From a virus (lineage: Duplodnaviria; Caudoviricetes), in the IMG/VR virus record IMGVR_UViG_3300037502_000670, positions 1-58,760 of that record: a stretch of DNA of 58,760 bases; one strand, 5' to 3'. The position numbers and the translations under genes are program-made. Below the pieces are notes generated by a model. That model saw only the letters and a program-made list of their open reading frames with translations, did no database searches and was not told the origin of the DNA. Shown here one piece after another: positions 27,125 to 33,925 of this stretch. Position 1 is the first letter of the stretch. Each line of letters starts with the position of its first letter.

Positions 27125-27183
27125 AGGCAATTCTCCTGTTGGGTTGATTGTGGGAGGGGTCCGGAGACCCCTCCCGTTCCTGC

Positions 27184-27453
27184 TTACTTCAGCTTGAACA
27201 CGTTCTTGGCTGCAGCCTTGGGCTTTTCTGCGGGGACCGCCGCGACACTCAACCTACCAAAGCGGTAGCCGAATGCGAGGGTATGTCCCTCAGGGATCAT
27301 CGAGGATGCCTGCTTGCGCACGCCTTCCTCAAAGGCTTCCCTGATCTTAGCCGTCTTGCTCTGCGCGTCCTTGAGGGTGGCATAGAGCTTCTGGTTTTCA
27401 GCAGAGAGGTCCGAAACTTCGATCTGCATCCAAGCGAGCTTGTCGTTAGACAT
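27184..27453 (-). CDS. Small early protein
   Basis: MSNDKLAW...AFGYRFGRLSVA; first gene after the promoter at 27538-27566. Confidence 0.7.
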   Translation of the reverse strand: MSNDKLAWMQIEVSDLSAENQKLYATLKDAQSKTAKIREAFEEGVRKQASSMIPEGHTLAFGYRFGRLSVAAVPAEKPKAAAKNVFKLK

Positions 27454-27537
27454 GGTGTTCACACTTTCAATCAGCAGGGGCCTTGGTAGACCCGGCCCCC
27501 TTAGGGGTCATCTAGGCGTCACCGCTTCGACACCTTC

Positions 27538-27566
27538 AATATGGCAGGAACGTCCCAGAATGTCAA
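27538..27566 (-). promoter_or_regulatory. Leftward sigma70-type promoter
   Basis: TTGACA-N17-CATATT. Confidence 0.7.
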
Positions 27567-27757
27567 AAAGCCCGGTTTTCGCGGGCGTTTGCGCCGCGCG
27601 CCCTCGGGCATTGCGCGTGCATCCGCGCCGCATGGGGGGAGGGGTAGGGGGGCCACATGGATTGGCTTGCGATAGGCCCCGTCCATTTGTAGGCAAACGC
27701 TCAATCCAAGACCCCAAAAACCAATACTTTACATAATTGTATAGTTTACTCGCCCCG

Positions 27758-27786
27758 TTGACACCTAGCCCGACCGCAGACATAAT
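27758..27786 (+). promoter_or_regulatory. Rightward sigma70-type promoter, probably giving a leaderless terS mRNA
   Basis: TTGACA-N17-CATAAT; ATG 27795 is 8 nt downstream and has no SD. Confidence 0.7.
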
Positions 27787-27794
27787 CCCACGAC

Positions 27795-28286
27795 ATGGAC
27801 CTGAGCCCATTCAACTATACCAAGTGGTCGGACCGTCTGGCATTCGACATGGCCCTGCTTCTGGAGGGCAGTGGCGAGGAGATGAGCGAGATGCTGAGCC
27901 GTCACCGGATCAGCACGGACGAGATTGCCGCCTTCAGCAAAGACCCGGTTTTCCTCAAGAAAGTGGAGCATTACCGGGAAGAAGTGCGTGAGAAGGGGCT
28001 TACTTTCCGGATGAAGGCCCGAGCACAGGCAGAAGAACTTCTTGTCACGTCTTGGACCCTTATTCACTCCCCCGATGTCTCAGCCGCAGTCAAAGCCGAC
28101 CTGATAAAGCAGACGGTCAAGTGGGGCGGGCTGGAGCCCAAGAACGACATCGACGCATCTGCCTCTGGTGGCGGCGTGCGGATCACCATCAACCTCAATC
28201 AGCCCGTGGAAACCGAGACCTACGAGTACGACCAGAACGTGATCGAGCACGATGGCGATGAGGTCCAAGACGATGAACTTGCCTGA
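27795..28286 (+). CDS. terS: Putative terminase small subunit
   Basis: Helical 163-aa protein upstream of terL, with C-terminal GVRITINL beta-strand and acidic tail. Confidence 0.6.
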   Translation: MDLSPFNYTKWSDRLAFDMALLLEGSGEEMSEMLSRHRISTDEIAAFSKDPVFLKKVEHYREEVREKGLTFRMKARAQAEELLVTSWTLIHSPDVSAAVKADLIKQTVKWGGLEPKNDIDASASGGGVRITINLNQPVETETYEYDQNVIEHDGDEVQDDELA

Positions 28287-28479
28287 TACCGTACTCGACG
28301 CCTTTGGCGAAGACCCTGAGACGGGCCGATACTCGGCACGGATATATTCAGCGACTGCCGCCCGCGAGATCGAGCGCACCCTTGCCGAGGCAGGGATCAG
28401 CTACCAGACCCGGATCGTCCGTTCCCGCAAGCGCGGGATTTACTACCAGATCATTCTGCTGGAGGGTACAGATGCCTAA
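28273..28479 (+). CDS. Hypothetical protein
   Basis: GAGG RBS; overlaps both neighbours. Confidence 0.55.
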   Translation: MNLPDTVLDAFGEDPETGRYSARIYSATAAREIERTLAEAGISYQTRIVRSRKRGIYYQIILLEGTDA

Positions 28480-28663
28480 GCGCCCGATCCCGGTCTATCA
28501 CATTGCACCCAAGGACGACCTGTACCTCCATGTGTTCGACGCGACTGGCTCCTGCTGGTGCGACCCGGAGGTGGAGATCGACTGCGACGACGACAAGATT
28601 ATCACCCATCACGCTTACGACCAGCGTGAGGATTACGAGGACGGGCTGCGCAAGCCCCACTGA
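28472..28663 (+). CDS. Small His/Cys-rich conserved phage protein
   Basis: HIAPKDDLYLH..CWCDP..HHAYD; GGAGG RBS. Confidence 0.65.
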   Translation: MPKRPIPVYHIAPKDDLYLHVFDATGSCWCDPEVEIDCDDDKIITHHAYDQREDYEDGLRKPH

Positions 28664-28666
28664 TAC

Positions 28667-30058
28667 ATGGCACTTGAGATAGACTATACGCCTCCGAAGA
28701 CGGGCAAGCTGTTCATGGAGTGCGATGCAAGGATGCGCGTGCTCATGGGCCCGGTGGGCTCCGGCAAGTCGGTCACCTGCTCGTTCGAGATCATCCGCCG
28801 GGCGTCCATGCAAAAGCCAGACGCATCTGGCCGCAGGCGCAGCCGCTGGGCCATCGTGCGTGAAACCGCACGGCAGTTGCAGGATACGACGATAAAGACG
28901 TTCCTCGACTGGTTCCCGCCGGGGCCGTGCGGGCAGTTCATGCGCACGACGAAGACCTACTTTTTCAAGGTCGGGGATGTCGAGGCAGAGATCATGTTCC
29001 GCGCATTGGATGACGCGGATGACGTGGCGAACCTGAACTCGCTGGAGTTGACAGGCGCGTGGTTCAACGAGTGCCGGGATATTGACCCGGCGATTGTCGA
29101 TGCGATGTCAAAGCGTATCGGTCGTTTTCCCAGTGCCAAGGATGGCGGGCCGTCGTGGTTTGGGATGTGGGGGGATACCAACCCGCCGACCATGGATACG
29201 TGGTGGTACTACCAGCTTGAGCATCTGGACCCCACGGACGGGGTGAGCCTCAACGACAATGGCTGGGAAGTGTTCAAGCAGCCGTCTGGTCGCAGTATTT
29301 ACGCCGAGAATATCGAGAACCTGCCGGAAGGGTACTATGACACACAGGGCCGATCCGAAGAATATATCCGTGTGTACATTGACGGCGAATATGGCCTTAG
29401 CCTCGCTGGTATGCCTGTCTACAAGTATTTCCGGCCTGACTACCATATGGCTGGCGAACGTCTCAGGGCTTTCACTGGCGGTACTCGGCCTGTCGTCGTC
29501 GGTATGGACTTGGGGCTTACCCCCGCAGCAGTCATCGGACAGCAGGACCCGCGCGGACGCGCGCTGATAATGGCCGAGTGCGTCAGCTACGACATGGGTA
29601 TCCAGCGATTTGTCCGGACGATGCTCAAGCCGTTGCTGTATGAGCGGTTTTCGGGATGCCCCGTGCTCGTAGTGGTTGACCCGGCAGGTACGGCGAGGGC
29701 GCAGACGGACGAGCGCAGCGCGGTTGACATCGTGAAAGCCGAGGGGTTGCGGGTCATTCCGGCGCGGACGAACGCCATCAGTGCGCGTATCTCGGCAGTG
29801 GATGACTACCTCATGCGGCAGGTCGATGGCGACCCGGCATTCATCGTGGACCCGTCATGCACACACCTCAAGGCGGCGATGATGGGTGGGTACCGGTACA
29901 AGCCAACAGGTGACAACGCCATCGACAAGAACAAGCACTCGCACGTTGCTGAAGCCCTGCAATATCTTTGTCTGCATTTGAGCAATGCCAGCGGCGATTT
30001 CATGTACCAGACGCTCAAGCGCGACATTCGCCCGGTTGTCTCTGCAGGATGGACTTGA
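28667..30058 (+). CDS. terL: Terminase large subunit
   Basis: GPVGSGKS, WFNE, DTNPP, GMDLG and SHVAEALQY motifs. Confidence 0.93.
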   Translation: MALEIDYTPPKTGKLFMECDARMRVLMGPVGSGKSVTCSFEIIRRASMQKPDASGRRRSRWAIVRETARQLQDTTIKTFLDWFPPGPCGQFMRTTKTYFFKVGDVEAEIMFRALDDADDVANLNSLELTGAWFNECRDIDPAIVDAMSKRIGRFPSAKDGGPSWFGMWGDTNPPTMDTWWYYQLEHLDPTDGVSLNDNGWEVFKQPSGRSIYAENIENLPEGYYDTQGRSEEYIRVYIDGEYGLSLAGMPVYKYFRPDYHMAGERLRAFTGGTRPVVVGMDLGLTPAAVIGQQDPRGRALIMAECVSYDMGIQRFVRTMLKPLLYERFSGCPVLVVVDPAGTARAQTDERSAVDIVKAEGLRVIPARTNAISARISAVDDYLMRQVDGDPAFIVDPSCTHLKAAMMGGYRYKPTGDNAIDKNKHSHVAEALQYLCLHLSNASGDFMYQTLKRDIRPVVSAGWT

Positions 30059-30088
30059 CTTGCGGCGGGCGGTGTAGCATTCTCGTCC

Positions 30089-30176
30089 TGCCGGGGGGTT
30101 ATGTCCACCCATCCCTCGGCACACACCTCCTCCCCTGTTGGAACTTGCCCCGGTAGCCGCCGCTACCGGGGTTTTT
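30089..30176 (+). ncRNA. Putative small regulatory RNA (5' hairpin, anti-SD seed, terminator)
   Basis: TTGACT-N17-CATTCT at 30055-30083; 11-bp hairpin 30089-30121; single-stranded CCTCCTCCCCTGTTGG; terminator 30148-30176. Confidence 0.65.
30148..30176 (+). terminator. Rho-independent terminator
   Basis: CCCCGGTAGC-CGCC-GCTACCGGGG-TTTTT. Confidence 0.85.
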
Positions 30177-30246
30177 ATGCTGTTGCATAGCGCGCGCAGT
30201 TGGTGTACCGTGGGGCAGACTGACCATAACCACAAGGGTTTAGCCG

Positions 30247-30600
30247 ATGGCGACCGTCTCTCCTGCATTCAGTTTTGTTCAGGCGCAGTCTGCCAAGGTG
30301 CCTCGGACCGTGTGGAGCGGTATCGTCACGGGCGATACGATTGAGCCGTTCATCGTCGTGGCGCAGGCGGCTGTGGCCGGGTGTGTGCAGATCGGCGGTA
30401 CGTTCGGTGGTGCCACGGTTGGCTTGCAAGCGTCGAACGACGGCGTGACTTACTTCGACATCAAGGATTTGGGCGGTACGGTCGTCAGTGCCTCGTCGGC
30501 GGCGCTGTTCGAGTTCACGACGGCTGCGGTCTATCTGCGACCGATTGTGACGGGTGGTTCGGCCAATGCCATTACCGTGACCTTGGTGATGCGAGGCTGA
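30247..30600 (+). CDS. Beta-rich virion-associated protein
   Basis: GTFGGATVGLQASNDGVTY pattern common in phage structural proteins. Confidence 0.6.
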   Translation: MATVSPAFSFVQAQSAKVPRTVWSGIVTGDTIEPFIVVAQAAVAGCVQIGGTFGGATVGLQASNDGVTYFDIKDLGGTVVSASSAALFEFTTAAVYLRPIVTGGSANAITVTLVMRG

Positions 30601-30601
30601 C

Positions 30602-30727
30602 GTGCTGAACATCGTCCTGATCATGCGGCGGGTACGGAGGCAGACATCGGCTCTGCTGAACAACCTGCTGTCTGAGGACGGTGACGACCTGCTGCAAGAA
30701 GACGGCACGTATATCCTGCTGGAGTAG
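30602..30727 (+). CDS. 41-aa protein with LLxEDG repeats
   Basis: LLSEDGDDLLQEDGTYILLE; fills the gap between genes. Confidence 0.55.
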   Translation: MLNIVLIMRRVRRQTSALLNNLLSEDGDDLLQEDGTYILLE

Positions 30728-30729
30728 CG

Positions 30730-31503
30730 ATGGGTGTTCTGCTTAAAAATAACACCTCTAGCCTGCTGGTCGGTTCGGTCAGTGCGGGTACTACGTCCGT
30801 CGTGGTGACGACTGGCGCTGGCGCTGGCTTTCCTGCCGTTGGCGTGGGTGATTATTTCTATGCAACGCTTGTCAGTCCCACGGGGCTTTACGAGATTGTT
30901 AAGTGTACGGCACGGGTCAATGACGTGCTGACCATCGTGCGGGCGCAGGAAGGCACTGTTGCCATTCCGTTCCCAGACGGCAGCCGGATCGACCTGCGGG
31001 TCACTGCCCAGTCCGTGATTGACGCCATTGCCGACCGTGTGGCACTAAAAGATCAGGCATCCGAGATCAGCTTCGCCCCCACTGGCACCATCAGCGCGAC
31101 CAACGTGCAGGACGCCATTGTCGAGATTTCCTCAGCTTCCGAGATCAGTTTTACACCTACGGGGTCAATATCCTCCACCAACGTGCAGAACGCCATTGTC
31201 GAGGTGGCGAATGAGCACGACGACGCTGCCGAGATCAGCATCGCTGATGCAGGAGGGTATTATACCGGGACGAACGTTGAGGCTGCGCTGCAGGAACTTC
31301 GCGCGGTCAGTCTGAATACTTTTACCGGTAACGGCTCCACGGTGAACTTTACCATATCTGCAACTTATGGATTGGAAAACCTTACAAGCGTGCATATCAA
31401 TGGTGTGTATCAGCATAAGGCGACATACTCGCTGTCCGGCACGACCCTGACGTTTTCTGAAGCACCGCCTGTCAACTCGATCATCGAAGTCCTTGTGAGG
31501 TAA
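30730..31503 (+). CDS. Tail fibre-related protein with shared N-terminal anchor domain
   Basis: N-terminal domain paralogous to 33926 and 36122; TNVQxAIVE repeats. Confidence 0.7.
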   Translation: MGVLLKNNTSSLLVGSVSAGTTSVVVTTGAGAGFPAVGVGDYFYATLVSPTGLYEIVKCTARVNDVLTIVRAQEGTVAIPFPDGSRIDLRVTAQSVIDAIADRVALKDQASEISFAPTGTISATNVQDAIVEISSASEISFTPTGSISSTNVQNAIVEVANEHDDAAEISIADAGGYYTGTNVEAALQELRAVSLNTFTGNGSTVNFTISATYGLENLTSVHINGVYQHKATYSLSGTTLTFSEAPPVNSIIEVLVR

Positions 31504-31504
31504 C

Positions 31505-31684
31505 ATGAAGGGCAAGAACTGGATTGCTGGTGCCATCAAGAAGCCGGGGGCTCTGCGCTCCCAGCTCGGCACGCCCAAGGGCAAGAACATCCCGGCCAAG
31601 ACACTGGCTGCGGCAGCCAAGAAGCCCGGCAAGATGGGCCAGCGGGCCCGCCTCGCACAGACCCTGAAGGGCTTTAACAAGTGA
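31505..31684 (+). CDS. Small basic protein (59 aa)
   Basis: WIAGAIKKPGALRSQLG...RARLAQTLK, a common phage family; below the ORF-track cutoff. Confidence 0.75.
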   Translation: MKGKNWIAGAIKKPGALRSQLGTPKGKNIPAKTLAAAAKKPGKMGQRARLAQTLKGFNK

Positions 31685-31914
31685 AAAACCCGCAGCAATC
31701 GCTCAAGGACTGGACGGCGCAGAAATGGCGCACGCGGTCCGGCAAGCCGTCAGCCAAGACGGGTGAGCGATATCTGCCGGAGGCGGCTATCAAGGCACTG
31801 TCTCCGGCTGAGTATGCAGCTACAACTCGGGCCAAGCGTTCCGGCAAGGCCAAGGGCAAGCAATTCGTGCCTCAACCGGCGTCCATCGCCAAGAAAACCT
31901 CGAAATATCGCTAG
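31681..31914 (+). CDS. Small basic protein (DUF5872-like)
   Basis: QSLKDWTAQKWRT..TGERYLP..GKQFVPQP. Confidence 0.75.
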   Translation: MKNPQQSLKDWTAQKWRTRSGKPSAKTGERYLPEAAIKALSPAEYAATTRAKRSGKAKGKQFVPQPASIAKKTSKYR

Positions 31915-31922
31915 GAGCCATC

Positions 31923-32669
31923 ATGGCTGATAATATCACAAGACTGCCAAACAAGAGCCCGGCTAGGTCCACCACGATGGTTTCTAAGGGGCGCACGAAC
32001 ATTATTCCTGAGCCTAAAGCCGGGCAGTTGTATCGGCTGCCTACACAGACCACGCCTGCAAACAAGAACGTGCCGCGCGTTACGCGCGAAAATGCTATTC
32101 GTGCGAAGTACCCCCAGACGAACAAGATAAATTCTGGCAAAGCTGCCTATGGGCCGAAGCCCTCTGCCGGGCCTTCGATGGGCTCGCGGATTGCTGGTAC
32201 TGTTGCACGCGGTATGCTGCGGGCTGCCGGTCCGGTCGGCGCTATGGCTGGTATGATAGGCTCTGCTGGGCCCGGTTCTGACAAACCGCCAAAATATGGA
32301 ATGTCTCTTCGGGAACGATCTGCCAAAAATAGCGCCACGAAGGTAAGCGGCGGTAAAATGTCCGTGATCGGTGGTCGCGGCGTTACCGCTTTTGGTGGTT
32401 CGCCAAAGCCGCCGAAATCAACTGGCGGTAAGATGGCCGTGCCCGGTGGACGCGGCGTCACTGCAATTACATTCGGCGGTTCGTCCAAGGACCAGTCGCG
32501 TGTACCGACTTCTCGCAGCGGTGGCTTCATGGGCCCCAGCAAGACTACTAGCAAAACAACCAGCAAGCCTTCCGGCGGTATGAGGTCGGGTCCGGGCGCA
32601 ACTGGCGGCTCCAAGACAGCCGGACGGTCTACCTCTTCAAAGTCCAACCTCGGAACTAGCCGCTTCTAA
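31923..32669 (+). CDS. Basic, low-complexity protein
   Basis: AGGAG RBS; K/R/G/S-rich with internal repeat GGKMxVxGGRGVTA. Confidence 0.65.
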   Translation: MADNITRLPNKSPARSTTMVSKGRTNIIPEPKAGQLYRLPTQTTPANKNVPRVTRENAIRAKYPQTNKINSGKAAYGPKPSAGPSMGSRIAGTVARGMLRAAGPVGAMAGMIGSAGPGSDKPPKYGMSLRERSAKNSATKVSGGKMSVIGGRGVTAFGGSPKPPKSTGGKMAVPGGRGVTAITFGGSSKDQSRVPTSRSGGFMGPSKTTSKTTSKPSGGMRSGPGATGGSKTAGRSTSSKSNLGTSRF

Positions 32670-32683
32670 GAAAGGAACATATC

Positions 32684-32785
32684 ATGGCCAAGAAGCCGAT
32701 GCCGAAGTTTACCCCCTGCTCCAAGTGCCCGTCTCCGGCCCGATGTAAGGCCATGGGCAAGTGTCTGGCGAAGGGCAAGAAGTAA
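32684..32785 (+). CDS. 33-aa basic Cys4 peptide
   Basis: MAKKPMPKFTPCSKCPSPARCKAMGKCLAKGKK; AAAGGA RBS. Confidence 0.7.
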   Translation: MAKKPMPKFTPCSKCPSPARCKAMGKCLAKGKK

Positions 32786-32786
32786 C

Positions 32787-33596
32787 ATGCCCCCCGGCGG
32801 CACAACCGGTAAGTCTTCTTCCAAGACGGGAGCCCGTGGTCCCACGGGTCCGAAGGGAGAGGCACGCACATCCCCCGCTGGTTCTGGCGGGGGCAAGCCC
32901 GGTTCTGTGTCGCGGACTAGCTCAGGTGCCCGTGGGCCTACGGGTCCGAAGGGACAGGCGCGTACATCTCCCGCTGGTGGTAAGGCCGGGTCTACATCCC
33001 GCGCTCCGACACGGGAGAAGTCGTCGTTCGAGCGGTTTCAGGAACGCTATCCCGGCGGGCTGAGAAGTATGCCTGTCGTGAGCATTCCGCCTCCTACACC
33101 CGGTGGTTTTGGCCCTGCTGGTAGTGCTATCAGCGGTGCTGTGACACGTGTGAGGGATGTTGCTGGCAGGCTTCTGGGTGCTGAAAGGCGGGCTGCAGAG
33201 GCGCTGAAGCAGCGTGAAGCAATTGAGCGGATGGCACCCATGCTTGAGCGGATGAAGCAGTCTGAGGCTATTCGCCTTGGCAAGCCGTCCATTCCGGGTA
33301 AGCTGCCTGACACGATGCCGTCTCCGTCGTTTCGCCAGATGGCAGAGGCCAGCAAGCCCGTTCGAGGGGCCAGCACGTGGAGAGCTATTAACAGGCGCAT
33401 CAATGACGTGACCGACAGCTTCGGCTACGGCACGGGCAAGATGGCCAGAGCCAAGACAGCGGCTACCATCGGCGGGCTTCAGGAAAGCAGCAGGGCTGCT
33501 GCAGAACGTGCCCTTTTCGGTGATCAAAAAAGCATGTATAAGAACGGTGGGCTCGTGACCAAAAAGGGTCGCGTTCCCCCGAAAGGTTGCAAGTAA
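32787..33596 (+). CDS. Basic, low-complexity protein
   Basis: Duplicated GARGPTGPKGxARTSPAG; C-terminal YKNGGLV. Confidence 0.65.
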   Translation: MPPGGTTGKSSSKTGARGPTGPKGEARTSPAGSGGGKPGSVSRTSSGARGPTGPKGQARTSPAGGKAGSTSRAPTREKSSFERFQERYPGGLRSMPVVSIPPPTPGGFGPAGSAISGAVTRVRDVAGRLLGAERRAAEALKQREAIERMAPMLERMKQSEAIRLGKPSIPGKLPDTMPSPSFRQMAEASKPVRGASTWRAINRRINDVTDSFGYGTGKMARAKTAATIGGLQESSRAAAERALFGDQKSMYKNGGLVTKKGRVPPKGCK

Positions 33597-33925
33597 TGGC
33601 CAAGACCCCGGCATGGCAGCGCAAGGAAGGCAAGAACCCCAAGGGCGGGCTGAACGCCAAGGGACGTGCATCAGCTAGGGCGCAGGGTATGAACCTCAAG
33701 GCACCCGTCAAGGGCACGCCTGCGGGGCCTGAGCAGATGCGGCGCAAGGGGTCGTTCCTGACCCGCATGGGTAATTCGCCGGGCCCTGAGCGTGATGCTA
33801 AGGGTAATCCGACACGACTGCTCTTGAGCTTGCAGGCATGGGGTGCTTCGTCCAAGGCAGATGCCAAGAGCAAAGGGCGGGCGCTGCTCGACCGTTACGC
33901 CGCCAAGAAGCAGGGCTCAAAATAA
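33596..33925 (+). CDS. Small basic protein (DUF6321-like)
   Basis: MAKTPAWQRKEGKNPKGGLNAKGRAS...SFLTRM...LQAW; TAATG coupling. Confidence 0.75.
   Translation: MAKTPAWQRKEGKNPKGGLNAKGRASARAQGMNLKAPVKGTPAGPEQMRRKGSFLTRMGNSPGPERDAKGNPTRLLLSLQAWGASSKADAKSKGRALLDRYAAKKQGSK

Noticed and set aside
27470-27530. Structured leader as a second ribozyme (twister/HDV-like)
   Set aside because: Alternative hairpins exist, but I could not fit a full catalytic consensus by eye; it needs a covariance-model search.
29806-30141. Minus-strand ORF using CCAACAGGGGAGGAGG as its RBS
   Set aside because: It is antisense to terL with an implausible product, and the promoter and U-tailed terminator orientation favour a plus-strand RNA. 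Not fully excluded.
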